DNA of 64,000 nt from NCBI GenBank assembly GCA_046484865.1, contig JAWOID010000108.1, positions 1-64,000 of the forward strand, in the 5' to 3' direction. This DNA comes from Candidatus Krumholzibacteriia bacterium. Its GTDB lineage: Bacteria; Krumholzibacteriota; Krumholzibacteriia; LZORAL124-64-63. Positions 47,460 through 57,780 of the stretch are shown here, piece by piece. Every line of letters begins with the position of its first letter. Position 1 is the first letter of the stretch. The notes under the pieces were generated by a model. That model was not told the DNA's origin. It did not search any database and saw nothing but the letters and a program-made list of their open reading frames with translations. The position numbers and the translations under genes were made by a program.

Positions 47460-50291
47460 ATGACGAATACCAGCAGACAGTTTGTTCCGCGCGGGCTCCT
47501 GCGGGTCGCCGCCGGACTGGCCGTCCTGCTCGGTCTCGGGCTCCTCGCGTCGCCCGCGACGGCTTGGTACGACGTGGACGACGCCATCACCCCGGAGATG
47601 CACGCGCGTGGCGGCTTCGTTCTCGACGGTTCCTACGTGATGAACGTCGGCGAGCTGCATGTGAACATCACGAACTGGGGTCTGATCGGCTCCTGGCCGG
47701 GCAGTCGCAACCGCTTCTCGGAGTCGCCCAGCGCCCAGTGGCCGGCCGGTTCCCAGGACGAGTACCTGTTCGCGGCCGGCCTCTGGGTGGGCGGCGTGGT
47801 GCTCGGCGAGAAGCGCGTGTCCACCGGCCAGTACGAGTACGAGTTCCAGCCGCTGCAGGATCCCGAGTACACCATCTACGAGGCGATCGACGGGGTTCTG
47901 ATGCGTCCGCCCGGCAACCCTGACGCCAGCGGACGGCGCGCCCCCGACCCCGATCGTGACGACGACGAGGACGGGCTCGTCGACGAGGAGACGCTGAACG
48001 GTTTCGACGACGACGGCGACGGCAAGATCGACGAGGATTTCGGCCAGATCGGCAACCAGATGTTCGTCGCCACCATGTTCGACAACACGCGGCTGTCGCA
48101 GGAGCGGTTCCCGGACCATTCACCGCTGAACCTGCAGGTCGTCCAGAAGTCCTTCGCCTGGGAGAACGATCAGGCGGACGACTTCGTCGGCTTCGAGTTC
48201 ACCATCAAGAACATCGGCGTCACCGACATCAACAACGTGTACATCGGCTTCTTCGCCGACAGCGACATCGGTCCGCGCGGCACCGGCGGTGTCGCCAGCA
48301 ATGACATGGCCGGCTACTTCAATAGCGTGGTGAAGGCCTCGGACGGCAGCTTCGTGCCCATCGCGATGGGCTACATGTGGGACGCGGCGGAACCGCCGCT
48401 GGAGGGTTACTTCGGCATCGTGTTCCTCGATCACCCCACCGATCCGAGCGGCCAGAACGCTCCGCCGACCGTGGGCCTGCGCTCGTACAATCACTTCAGC
48501 GATCAGGCGCCCTTCGAGCGCGGCGGCGACCCCACCAACGACTCGGAGCGGTACACGCTGCTCAGCGAGTCGGTCTTCGACAACAACGTCCAGCCCGGCA
48601 AGGAAGGCGACTACCGCTTCGTGATCTCGGTGGGGCCGTTCAGGCGGTTGCGCCCCGACGCCGAACTGACGTTCCAGGTGGCGATGGTGGTCGGGCCGGG
48701 CCTCGAGGGGTTGCTCAGCCATGCCGCCGACGCGTATCTCACCTACTCCGGCAACTTTTTCGACGAGGTGCCGCCGGTGATGAGCCAGGCGGGCGACGAA
48801 CTGAGCACCGGAACGCTCGGCCGTGAGACCAAGATCTGCAAGGAGGACTTCGCCGACGGCGGCGACTTCGACCGCTTCCTGGTGGATCTGGGCGACACGA
48901 CCTGCGTGGACCCGCTCTGGGCGTTGAATCAGGCCAACCTCCGCAACGAGGAGTTCACGTTCATCGACTCGGAGACCGGCAAGACCTGCGCCTACGTGAA
49001 CATGGACAACTGCTTCGAGTGCCTGCGCCAGGTGGGCCATTACTGCACCGCCGCCGGCAGGGAGATCGAACTCGGCGACTGGAATTGCAACGACCCCGAC
49101 ATCCCGGAGGATGCGAAGGCCGGTTGCACCGGCGTGGCCGGCCGCGAGACGCAGGTCACCTGGCTGGTCGGCATGGCGCCTCCGCCTCCCGGCATGCGCC
49201 TGTGGCCGGCCGACAACCGTGTCCACATCTTCTGGGACGATCGCAGCGAGGTCACGCCGGACGTGCGGCTGGGCATGGTCGATTTCGAATCGTACCGTAT
49301 CTGGCGCGCGGACAACTGGCGGCGTCCCTTCGGGTCGTCCCTGGAGAACGGACCCGAGAGCAGCCTCTGGTCTCTCATCGCCGAGTACGATCTGGTGAAC
49401 TACTACCTCAACTCGTGGCAGCAGGGCAGCCAGACCGTGGTGGACACCCTGCCGCTGGGCCGGAACACCGGACTCGATGCCATCCGCTACCGGCCCCGGG
49501 TGCTGGACGACCCGCAGAATGCCGGTCTCGACACCCTGATGCTGAACCTGGTGACCGCCGACTCCTCGGGGAGATACAAGGACATGCCGCCGCTGTTCGA
49601 GGCGGACGGCAGCACGCCCAACCGCAACTTCCCCTCGGAACTGATCTGGCCGCTCGTGCACTGGCGGGACCGGCCGGCCGTGCTGGACACGTTCTGGGCG
49701 GTGACCCCGCGCGAGGGCAGCTTCGATCCGCCGGTGATGGCCAAGCACGGGACCAGTTACTACCAGTACGTGGACACCGACATCAACAACGGGTTCATCT
49801 ACTTCTACTCGGTGACCGCCACCGACCACGACATCGTGTTCGACGCCACGGCCGGCAGTGCATCCATCCGCGGTGCGGGCCAGTCGGGAAACCCCGGCTC
49901 GTCGTTCAGCAACACGACCCCCGGGCCGAACGCGCAGACGGCCGAGGAACGTGAACGCGACGGCGTGAACATCTACGTCTACCCCAACCCGGCTACCCGG
50001 CAAGCGCTGGAGGATTTCCAGCGGCTCTCGCCCAATGCCGAGGATCCGACCGGTGTCCGCGTGATGTTCACGAATCTTCCGAGCGCACGCAACACGATCG
50101 ACATCTTCACGTTGAGCGGAGACCTGGTACAGACGCTGTTTCATGACGGAACCGACGGCTATGGCCAGGTCAGCTGGAACCTGGTCAGCCGGAACGGACA
50201 GGAGATCGTCTCGGGAATCTATCTCTACTCGGTCCGGTCGAGTGACGACAGGTTCGATGACTACATCGGCAAGTTCGTCGTCGTGAGGTAG
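47460..50291 (+). CDS. Large exported protein with Ca-binding-like repeats, Cys-rich insert, Fn3-like domain and T9SS type A/FlgD-like C-terminal domain
   Basis: Signal peptide; DDDEDGLVDE and DDDGDGKIDE; C-terminus IYVYPNP..FTNLP..IDIFTLSGDLV..WNL..SGIYLY..GKFVVVR. Confidence 0.85.
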   Translation: MTNTSRQFVPRGLLRVAAGLAVLLGLGLLASPATAWYDVDDAITPEMHARGGFVLDGSYVMNVGELHVNITNWGLIGSWPGSRNRFSESPSAQWPAGSQDEYLFAAGLWVGGVVLGEKRVSTGQYEYEFQPLQDPEYTIYEAIDGVLMRPPGNPDASGRRAPDPDRDDDEDGLVDEETLNGFDDDGDGKIDEDFGQIGNQMFVATMFDNTRLSQERFPDHSPLNLQVVQKSFAWENDQADDFVGFEFTIKNIGVTDINNVYIGFFADSDIGPRGTGGVASNDMAGYFNSVVKASDGSFVPIAMGYMWDAAEPPLEGYFGIVFLDHPTDPSGQNAPPTVGLRSYNHFSDQAPFERGGDPTNDSERYTLLSESVFDNNVQPGKEGDYRFVISVGPFRRLRPDAELTFQVAMVVGPGLEGLLSHAADAYLTYSGNFFDEVPPVMSQAGDELSTGTLGRETKICKEDFADGGDFDRFLVDLGDTTCVDPLWALNQANLRNEEFTFIDSETGKTCAYVNMDNCFECLRQVGHYCTAAGREIELGDWNCNDPDIPEDAKAGCTGVAGRETQVTWLVGMAPPPPGMRLWPADNRVHIFWDDRSEVTPDVRLGMVDFESYRIWRADNWRRPFGSSLENGPESSLWSLIAEYDLVNYYLNSWQQGSQTVVDTLPLGRNTGLDAIRYRPRVLDDPQNAGLDTLMLNLVTADSSGRYKDMPPLFEADGSTPNRNFPSELIWPLVHWRDRPAVLDTFWAVTPREGSFDPPVMAKHGTSYYQYVDTDINNGFIYFYSVTATDHDIVFDATAGSASIRGAGQSGNPGSSFSNTTPGPNAQTAEERERDGVNIYVYPNPATRQALEDFQRLSPNAEDPTGVRVMFTNLPSARNTIDIFTLSGDLVQTLFHDGTDGYGQVSWNLVSRNGQEIVSGIYLYSVRSSDDRFDDYIGKFVVVR

Positions 50292-50352
50292 AGCCCCGGT
50301 CACGGGAGCGGCCGCCCGCCGGGCCCTCCTCCGGACGGATGTGGAGGAAAAA

Positions 50353-51285
50353 ATGAAGCGCTTCGTGATCCTCGCCGCCCTCTTGCTGGTCCTGCCGGCC
50401 TCGGCGCTAGCCCAAGGCTTCGCCAAGGTGGGAACCTATGGCGCGCAGTTCCTCAAGATCGGGACCAGCGCCCGGGCCACCGGGATGGGCTCGGCCTTCA
50501 CCGGGGTGGCCGACGACGCCTCGTCGGTCTTCTGGAACCCGGGCGGCCTCGTCGACGTGGTCACCAACGAGGTGTTGCTCAGCCACACGGAGTGGCCGGC
50601 GGACATCAACCTGACCACGGCCGTGCTGGCCTTCAACCCGCGTTCCATCCCGGGCACGATCGCCATCTCGGCGCGATCGCTGTGGCTGGATCCCATGCTG
50701 GTGCGGACGGCCTACAACCCCGAGGGCACCGGCCAGCACTTCGATGCGGGCTCGACGAGCTTCGGGTTCAGCTACGGTCGGTTCTTCACCGACAAGTTCA
50801 GCGCCGGCGTCACGCTGAACTACCTGCATTTGGGCCTGGCGGAGACGGCGGTGAACTCCGCGAGCTTCGACTTCGGCATCATGTACCGCATCGGCATCCG
50901 CGACCTGAAGCTGGGCATGGTCATCCAGCACCTGGGCGGTAAGATCACCTTCGATGAGCGCGAGGCCCGGCTGCCCACCATGTTCAAGGTGGGCGCGAGC
51001 TTCAACCTCCTGCGCACCGAGAACCAGAGGCTGCTGTTCGCGGGCGAGTTCCAGCACCCGTCGGACAACCTGGAGCGGGCGAACGTGGGGGCGGAGTATT
51101 CGCTCAACGACCTGTTCTTCGGCCGCGTGGGCTACAACATCGAGTACGACACCGACGGGCTGGCGTTCGGGTTCGGGGCGGCGCTGCGTACCGGCGAGAC
51201 GTCCCGCATCCAGGCCGACTACAGCGCGGTGGACATGGGACCCCTGCAGTACGTGCACCGGTTCTCGGTGTCGGTGGTCTACTGA
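50353..51285 (+). CDS. PorV/PorQ-family outer-membrane beta-barrel
   Basis: AQFLKIGTSARATGMGSAF..DDASSVFWNPGGL is the PorV-family N-terminal signature; LGAEY-like strand; ends in an aromatic residue. Confidence 0.9.
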   Translation: MKRFVILAALLLVLPASALAQGFAKVGTYGAQFLKIGTSARATGMGSAFTGVADDASSVFWNPGGLVDVVTNEVLLSHTEWPADINLTTAVLAFNPRSIPGTIAISARSLWLDPMLVRTAYNPEGTGQHFDAGSTSFGFSYGRFFTDKFSAGVTLNYLHLGLAETAVNSASFDFGIMYRIGIRDLKLGMVIQHLGGKITFDEREARLPTMFKVGASFNLLRTENQRLLFAGEFQHPSDNLERANVGAEYSLNDLFFGRVGYNIEYDTDGLAFGFGAALRTGETSRIQADYSAVDMGPLQYVHRFSVSVVY

Positions 51286-51362
51286 TCGAACGATCCTCGC
51301 CGCCGCGAGCGGCGAGATGCCGCACGGGCACGACCGGCCCGGCGGCCTGACGAAGCGCTTCG

Positions 51363-51401
51363 CGATCGCGCCCCGTTGTCCGGCGGGGCGCGATCGTTTT
51401 T
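51363..51401 (+). terminator. Intrinsic terminator downstream of porV
   Basis: Perfect 13-bp stem cgatcgcgccccg / cggggcgcgatcg, 8-nt loop, followed by TTTTT. Confidence 0.75.
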
Positions 51402-51566
51402 CGTCGCGGGGGCCGTTCGAAACCGCGCGGCCGCGCGCAGCCCCGCCCCGCGGCACGTCACGCCCGCGGCCGCCCTTCGCGGCCGATCCGACGCTGGCGC
51501 GCGCGGCCGCGGTTCCGTAGATTCATCCTGGCGCCGCGCATCTCCGTCCATCCGGGAAGGTTAGGC

Positions 51567-53222
51567 ATGATCTTGCGCAAGCTGGTGCTCGCCGTCGTCG
51601 TGGTCGCGCTGGCCGGTCTGACCCTGGCGTTCGCCGCCCCCTCGGCGGCCGCCATCCTCCGTCCACTGCACGGCGACGGCAACTTCAGCGCGACATTCGA
51701 CCTGGTGAACCAGTGGGACGACGACGGATCCCTGCACCTGGTGGTCGCGGTGGCGGTTGCCAACCGCGAGATCAACCTGAAGCGGCAGAAGGGTGGTCGC
51801 TACGAGGGCGAATTGCGGCTGAGCGCGCGGCTGGAAGGGCCTGACGGCACCGTGATCGAGGACCAGCGGCTGGTGGCGGTGCGCGCCGTCGACGAGACCG
51901 AGGCGTTCTCGGGCACCCTCTTCCAGATCGCCTCGCTGGTCCTCCGGGACCTCGCGTTGCGGACGGGGACGATCGTCGTGACGGTCGAGGACATGGAGCG
52001 CAAGCGACCGGGGCTCATCAACCTGGTGGACGGTCTTCAGGCGCGCAGCGAGGCGGTCGCCGACTGGTCCGCCCCGGACCATCCCCGCGAACCGGCCGGA
52101 CTGGCCGTGGGCGATCCGGTCTTTCTCGCGGGTGCACCCGTCGGACCGTGGGCCCGCGGCGAGGCGCGGCCCCTGAACCCGCGCCAGTCGGCCCTGCGGG
52201 ATCATCTGCACCCGACCCGTCGGTACGGCCTCGAACAGGAGCGGTTGCAGGTCTACTTCGAGCTGTATCCCGAGCTCGGCCAGCCGCGCAGCCACGAGGA
52301 TGCGCAGCTGCTGCTGCAGCTCGTCGGCGACGATCCGCCGTTCGCGTTCCGCGACACCCTGACGGTGGATCCCGCCGCCCGTGCCGCGCTGATGGCCGGC
52401 CGGCCAGCCGGCGTCTTCTACGAGGTGGACGTGAACATCCTGCCGCCGGGGAGCTTCCGCCTGGCGGTGGCGCCGGCGGATGCGCGCGGGCGGGGCGTGC
52501 TGGCCGGCTTCGACGTGGTCTGGCGGCTCGCGGTGCTCGACCGGCGTCCGGACGAGTTGCTGGGCGAAGGGCGGACCGTGCTCCCGCGCAAGCAGCTGGG
52601 CAAGTTCCTGGCGGCCAGCGATGCGGACCGCGAGGTCATGCTCGAGGAGTTCTGGCGGGAACTCGATCCGGATCCGGCGACACCGGTGAACGAACGGTTG
52701 ATCGAGTTCCGGCGTCGCGTGGCCTATGTCCGGGAGCACCTGGGCGGCTTCGGCGCCGAGGGCGCCGTGGATCCGAGGGGCGAGGTCTACGTGCTGCTCG
52801 GACCGCCCGACGAGGTGCGGATCGAGAGCATCCCGCTGAACGAGGACGAGCTGGACGACGCCCGCGTCAAGGTTTTCGACCGCTACGCTCCGGATCGTGA
52901 GGGGAGCGCGGCCAAGGGCGGAGATCCGGGTGGAACCGAGGGCGCGAACCCGTACTCGCGGGTGGGGGGATTCTCCATGCCCTACTCGCGACTGGCCGAG
53001 AAGGAGATGCTGGCGAGGCGGACCTCGCCGGCGCGGCTGCAGGGCTTCGAGCTGTGGCGCTACGATCAGGCGGGTGATCAGCTCTTCCGGAACAAGTACA
53101 CCGATCGCAAGCTCGGTCTGCGGTTCCTCTTCGTGGACCGGACCGGGTCGGGCGACTTCGTTCTGGAGTCGTCGAACGCCTTCCGGATCGGCGGTTCCGA
53201 CCCGGGCGGGAGCGAGCACTGA
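51567..53222 (+). CDS. Exported GWxTD-domain protein (degenerate motif)
   Basis: Signal peptide; EEFWRELDPDPATPVNE..EFRRRVAY..GAVDPRGEVYVLLGPPD..ELWRY..FLFVDRTGSGDF. Confidence 0.85.
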   Translation: MILRKLVLAVVVVALAGLTLAFAAPSAAAILRPLHGDGNFSATFDLVNQWDDDGSLHLVVAVAVANREINLKRQKGGRYEGELRLSARLEGPDGTVIEDQRLVAVRAVDETEAFSGTLFQIASLVLRDLALRTGTIVVTVEDMERKRPGLINLVDGLQARSEAVADWSAPDHPREPAGLAVGDPVFLAGAPVGPWARGEARPLNPRQSALRDHLHPTRRYGLEQERLQVYFELYPELGQPRSHEDAQLLLQLVGDDPPFAFRDTLTVDPAARAALMAGRPAGVFYEVDVNILPPGSFRLAVAPADARGRGVLAGFDVVWRLAVLDRRPDELLGEGRTVLPRKQLGKFLAASDADREVMLEEFWRELDPDPATPVNERLIEFRRRVAYVREHLGGFGAEGAVDPRGEVYVLLGPPDEVRIESIPLNEDELDDARVKVFDRYAPDREGSAAKGGDPGGTEGANPYSRVGGFSMPYSRLAEKEMLARRTSPARLQGFELWRYDQAGDQLFRNKYTDRKLGLRFLFVDRTGSGDFVLESSNAFRIGGSDPGGSEH

Positions 53223-53277
53223 ACGATGGATTTCGGAGCGGGGCAACGGGACAAATCGGTTTGACTTAGGCGCCGTG

Positions 53278-53307
53278 TTGACACTAATTACAGGGCGCGA
53301 CTATACT
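53278..53307 (+). promoter_or_regulatory. Near-consensus sigma70 promoter of exbB-exbD-exbD-tonB
   Basis: TTGACA-N18-TATACT in an AT-rich intergenic patch. Confidence 0.7.
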
Positions 53308-53472
53308 TCGCCCGTTGGTCTGCGAACGTTGGTTGCAGGGGCGTGTCGAGGCAGTTTCAGGCGCTTCCGGCCGCTCGCCAGGGATGGGACCGATAGCCCC
53401 CACCTGCTATCGTCCGGCTCCAGGCTCCTTATGATATCTCTGGGTCCACCTCCGGAAAGGGAGACACGCACA

Positions 53473-54348
53473 ATGGCTCGTCAGGGTACGTTGAAGAACG
53501 CCGCTTTGTTGCTGGTCGGCTTCGGCCTGGTGGCGCTGGCGACGGTGGCCGTGGCGCAGGACGAACCGCCCCTCGACGAGGACCGTTTCGCCCGGGTCAT
53601 GGCGACGCCCGACTCCCTGGCCTTCGGTTCGACGGCCGCGGATTCCGCCCGGGAGGTGCCTCAGATCCTGGAAGTGACCGGCGGGATGATGGGCTACGTG
53701 GAGCGCTCGCCGATCGGCGAGACCGGCGCCGGCGAGCTGTTCGTGGCGGGCGGTCAGTTCATGTGGTGGCTGCTGGCTGTGGCCCTGCTCGGCTTCATCT
53801 TCCTCATCGAGCGTCTCTGGACGCTCAACCGGGCCCGCGTGAACACCCGCAAGCTGCTGGGCACGGTGATCACGACCCTGCGCACCGAGGGCGTGCAGGC
53901 GGCGGCCGAAGAGTGCCAGAAGGTGCGCGGCCCGATCGCCGCCATCCTCTACTCGGGTCTGCAGAAGGCGAACAAGGGTCCGGAGGCCGTGGAAAAGGCC
54001 ATCTCCACCGCCGGCACCATCGAGATGGCGTTCCTCGAGCGCGGTCTGATCTGGATCGCCTCGGTGACCACCATCGCGCCGCTCATCGGCTTCCTCGGCA
54101 CCGTCTCGGGCATGATCAACGCCTTCGAGGCGATCGCCGCCTCCGACCAGGTGAATGCGAAGCTGGTGGCCTCCGGTATCTCCGAGGCGCTCATCACCAC
54201 CGCCACCGGTCTGGTGATCGCCATCCCGGCGACGATCGGCTACAACTACTTCGTGGCCGCGATCGACCGGTTCGTCATCGAGATGGAAGAGACCTCGGCC
54301 GAACTCGTCGAGGAGCTCGATCGCATGCGGACCGGCGTCGGCGCCTGA
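53473..54348 (+). CDS. exbB: MotA/TolQ/ExbB proton-channel protein with N-terminal signal peptide
   Basis: APLIGFLGTVSGMI, GISEALITTATGLVIAIP; ATG after AAAGGGAG. Confidence 0.93.
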   Translation: MARQGTLKNAALLLVGFGLVALATVAVAQDEPPLDEDRFARVMATPDSLAFGSTAADSAREVPQILEVTGGMMGYVERSPIGETGAGELFVAGGQFMWWLLAVALLGFIFLIERLWTLNRARVNTRKLLGTVITTLRTEGVQAAAEECQKVRGPIAAILYSGLQKANKGPEAVEKAISTAGTIEMAFLERGLIWIASVTTIAPLIGFLGTVSGMINAFEAIAASDQVNAKLVASGISEALITTATGLVIAIPATIGYNYFVAAIDRFVIEMEETSAELVEELDRMRTGVGA

Positions 54349-54379
54349 CGATGAGCGAGCGAGCGAGAAGGAGCAGGCC

Positions 54380-54802
54380 ATGTCGGTCCTGAGCAAGCGC
54401 AAGAAATCGGCCCTCGGTGAGATCACCATGGCGTCGACGAGCGATGTGGCCTTCCTGCTGCTGATCTTCTTCATCGTCTCCACGGTGTTCGCCGCGGAGC
54501 AGGGCCTCGTGGTGATCCTGCCCGCCAAGGAGAAGGAGTCGACCACCGTCCGGGTGAAGCAGAGCAACATCGCGGCGGTGACCATCCACGCGGACAACGC
54601 GATCACGGTCGACGGCAAGCCCCTCCGCCTGGAGAACGTGAAGAACACCATCAGCGACCGGATCCTGAACAATCCGAAGCTGGTGGTGGTGCTCGAGACC
54701 CACCCCGACGCCGACTACGGCATGATGGTGGCCGTCCTCGACGAGTTGAAGCTGGCCAACGCGCGCAAGCTGACCCTCAAGACCACGAAGGTCGAGGGTT
54801 AG
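54380..54802 (+). CDS. exbD: ExbD/TolR-family protein 1
   Basis: STSDVAFLLLIFFIV TM with conserved Asp; ADYG..VLDEL. Confidence 0.92.
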   Translation: MSVLSKRKKSALGEITMASTSDVAFLLLIFFIVSTVFAAEQGLVVILPAKEKESTTVRVKQSNIAAVTIHADNAITVDGKPLRLENVKNTISDRILNNPKLVVVLETHPDADYGMMVAVLDELKLANARKLTLKTTKVEG

Positions 54803-54814
54803 GAGGCTGGACCG

Positions 54815-55240
54815 GTGGCGGATTTTCAGCGCCGCACGAAGAAGTCGACCTACATCCCGACGTCGTCCATGGGCGACATCGCGTTCTTGCTGCTCATCTT
54901 CTTCATGGTGACCACGATCTTCCGCGAGGAGACCGGGCTGCCCGTGGAACTGCCGCGAGCCGAGGCGGGAGAGGAGGCCCAGAGAGAGCTGATCTCCAAC
55001 ATCTACATCGACCGTCTCGGGCGCATCTCCGTCGATGACCGTCTGATCCAGGTGCGGCACATCGCCGACATCATGGGGCAGAAGGTGACCTCGAATCCCC
55101 AGCTCATCGTGGCGTTCAAGACCGATCGGTACACGCCCTACGGCGTGGTCAGCGACGTCATGGAGGAACTGAAGGAAGTCAACGCGGTGAGGGTCTTCCT
55201 CAACAACGACATCGAGTCTCGATCCACGGCTCGATTCTAG
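54815..55240 (+). CDS. exbD: ExbD/TolR-family protein 2
   Basis: SMGDIAFLLLIFFMVTT TM, VELPRA, TPYG..VMEEL. Confidence 0.92.
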   Translation: MADFQRRTKKSTYIPTSSMGDIAFLLLIFFMVTTIFREETGLPVELPRAEAGEEAQRELISNIYIDRLGRISVDDRLIQVRHIADIMGQKVTSNPQLIVAFKTDRYTPYGVVSDVMEELKEVNAVRVFLNNDIESRSTARF

Positions 55241-55256
55241 GAATCGCAGGAGCGCC

Positions 55257-55925
55257 ATGCCCACGCTGCCGGCCAACCAGCGCCTTGACCGCCCGCCGAT
55301 CCGGATGTCGGCGAATGACGAGTTCAAGGCCAAGTATCCCAAGTACCTGCGCTGGTCCGCGCTGACCGCCGTCGTGCTCACCATCATCTTCTTCCTGATC
55401 TCGCCCAACTACGAACCCAACCCCTACCGGTTGCGGCAGGAAGAGCTCGAGATCGTGAACATGGACGAGCAGGAGGTCATCGAGCTGCCGCCGCCGCCGC
55501 AGGAGGCGCCGCCGCCGCCGAAGGTCATCGAGGCCGCGCCGGACGAGGAAGTCACCGACGACGTGGAGATCGCCGACACCCTCATCGACCTCGATACCGC
55601 CATCAGCTCGACCATGCAGACCTACGACATGAGCGGCGACGAGGGGTTCGTCGCCTCGCAGGAGAATCCGAGGCTGTTGAACTGGGTGCCGCCGGAGTAT
55701 CCCGAGATCGCCCGCATGTCCCAGCTCGAGGGAACGGTGGTGGTGAAGGTGCTCGTGGGGCCGGACGGACGGGTCCTCGACGCCGCGATCGTCCAGGGTG
55801 TGCACCCGCTGCTGAACAAGGCGGCGGTGACGGCCGCGCGCCGGGCCACCTTCATCCCGGGCAAGCAGCGGAACATCCCGGTGAAGGCCTGGATGGCCAT
55901 CCCCTACCGGTTCCGGCTGCATTGA
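55257..55925 (+). CDS. tonB: Energy transducer TonB
   Basis: N-terminal TM, Pro-rich linker, PEYPEIAR..EGTVVVKVLV..DGRV..FIPG C-terminal domain. Confidence 0.93.
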   Translation: MPTLPANQRLDRPPIRMSANDEFKAKYPKYLRWSALTAVVLTIIFFLISPNYEPNPYRLRQEELEIVNMDEQEVIELPPPPQEAPPPPKVIEAAPDEEVTDDVEIADTLIDLDTAISSTMQTYDMSGDEGFVASQENPRLLNWVPPEYPEIARMSQLEGTVVVKVLVGPDGRVLDAAIVQGVHPLLNKAAVTAARRATFIPGKQRNIPVKAWMAIPYRFRLH

Positions 55926-56282
55926 CCGGGATTGACCGGGCGCGAGCCGTTCCGGCGCCGGGCGTGTGCAGGTCGGCCGCCGTTGCGATGGCGCAGCGCG
56001 AACTTTTCCCCACGGGCCGCGTCCTGATCCAGGAGTGAGACTCCCGGCCGGACGCGGCCCGCGGCCGTTGCGGGACGGCTGACCGGCCGGCCGGAGACGG
56101 AAACCGGGCGCGCAGCCTGGCGCGTCGCAACCTCGGCGGCGCGGCTGCGTACAGCGACGTCGGGCCCGCGGCCGCAGCAGCGGTGGCCCGGCGGTGCGCT
56201 GCCGGCGGCGACTGCCGCACGTCCCGCTCGGCCACGGCCGGAGCCCGGACCGGAAGACCCCCGCGAGAAGGAGTTCCCCATC

Positions 56283-57767
56283 ATGAGGATCACGCGACAG
56301 TGCAGCGGACGGCAGTGCGGACGACCCGGCCGGCAGCGGCATGCTCTTGCCGGCATGACGGCGGTCCTGGCGGTGTTCATCGCCGCCGCGCCGGCGGCCG
56401 CGCAGCCTGACCCCGCAGAGGCGGACCGCTCGTCGCTGCCGGTGCTCACGCTGTCGGAGTGCGTCCGGATCGCCCTGCGCGACAGCCCACGCCTGCTGAC
56501 GGCGCAGGCGGAGCAGGAGGTCGCCGAGGAGGACGTCAAGGCGGCCTGGGGCCAGTTCCTGCCCGACCTCACGCTCTCCCACACCTACAGCAAGAGCGAC
56601 CGGACGGATTTCGACGTCGACCAGTTCGGGATCCGGCGGTTCGAGGTCGAGGCCGTCACGGGCGAGATTCTGCCGTTCTCCATGCAGTTCCCCACGGGCG
56701 AGGTCGCCGACGAGAAGATCGAATCCTCCTACCGCGACGTCGCGCTCTCGGCCCGCATGAATGTCTTCGAGGGTTTCGGCAAGTACAGCCGGCTGGGCTC
56801 GGCGCGCTCAATGCGCGAGGCGGCCGAGAACAATCGCGGCTGGACCACGGAACTGGTGGTCCAGAACGTGGCCATGGCCTACTTCAGCCTGCTGCTCTAC
56901 GAGAAGTTGCGCGACGTCGCCGAGGAGACGCGCGACCAGGCGGAGCAGGAACTGCAGAGGACCGAGACCTACTTCCGGCTGGGCAGTGCAGCGAAGAGCG
57001 CCGTGCTGCAGCAGCGGGTCCGTCTGGAGCAGACCCGGCTGGACCTGGTCATCGCCGAGAACCAGGTGGAGCAGTCGTTCGCGAACCTGGCCTACGCCAT
57101 GAATCAGCCGCTGGCGCGTCGTTTCGGGGTCGACCGTTCGGTCCTGGCGACGGATTTCGCGGTGGAGCCGCTGGAGACGCTGTACGCCGAGGCGCTGGAG
57201 AATCGCCTGGACATCGAGCGGAGCGAGCATGTCCTGGAGGCGCGCCGGGGCGACGTGACCACGGCCACCAGCGGCCTCTGGCCGCGGCTGGACCTCTTCC
57301 TCGACTACACGCGCTACAACAACGAGTCGCCGTTCAAGTTCGGTGCGCAGCAGTCGGAGAACTGGCGCTACGGATACCAGGTGTCGTGGAACTTCTTCGA
57401 CCGCTTCTCGACCGTGGCGGGACGGGGGCGCGCCAAGGCCCAGGCGCGCATGGCCGAGTACGCACTCGATCAGGCGCGGCTCGATGCGCAGCTCGAGGTA
57501 CGGCAGCTCTACAACACGATGGTCGAGGCGCGGGAGAAGGCCAAGGTGAGTCGCGAGACCATCGCACAGGCGCAGGAGGAACTGCGCCTGGCCTCGGAGC
57601 GGTTCCGGGTCGGCGCCGGGACGGCGCTGGACCAGATCACCGCCCAGGTGAACCTGGCCTCCGCCCGGGCGGAGGAGGTGCGTGCCGTGGTGGAGTACCT
57701 GGCGGCCGAGGTGCAGCTGGAGCGCGCAGTGGGCCGGTTCAGCGCGTTCTCCGGGCCGGAGCGGTAG
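56283..57767 (+). CDS. TolC-family outer-membrane channel
   Basis: [35 protein letters not shown]; two OEP repeats. Confidence 0.92.
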   Translation: MRITRQCSGRQCGRPGRQRHALAGMTAVLAVFIAAAPAAAQPDPAEADRSSLPVLTLSECVRIALRDSPRLLTAQAEQEVAEEDVKAAWGQFLPDLTLSHTYSKSDRTDFDVDQFGIRRFEVEAVTGEILPFSMQFPTGEVADEKIESSYRDVALSARMNVFEGFGKYSRLGSARSMREAAENNRGWTTELVVQNVAMAYFSLLLYEKLRDVAEETRDQAEQELQRTETYFRLGSAAKSAVLQQRVRLEQTRLDLVIAENQVEQSFANLAYAMNQPLARRFGVDRSVLATDFAVEPLETLYAEALENRLDIERSEHVLEARRGDVTTATSGLWPRLDLFLDYTRYNNESPFKFGAQQSENWRYGYQVSWNFFDRFSTVAGRGRAKAQARMAEYALDQARLDAQLEVRQLYNTMVEAREKAKVSRETIAQAQEELRLASERFRVGAGTALDQITAQVNLASARAEEVRAVVEYLAAEVQLERAVGRFSAFSGPER

Positions 57768-57780
57768 AGGAGGCGACGAC

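Noticed and set aside
49011..49040. CFECLRQVGH as a c-type heme site
   Set aside because: The residue after CxxC is Leu, not His, so it is not CxxCH.
53473..55925. Tol-Pal system
   Set aside because: No tolB or pal; two ExbD paralogues and a TonB-type C-terminal domain with the YP motif fit ExbBD-TonB.
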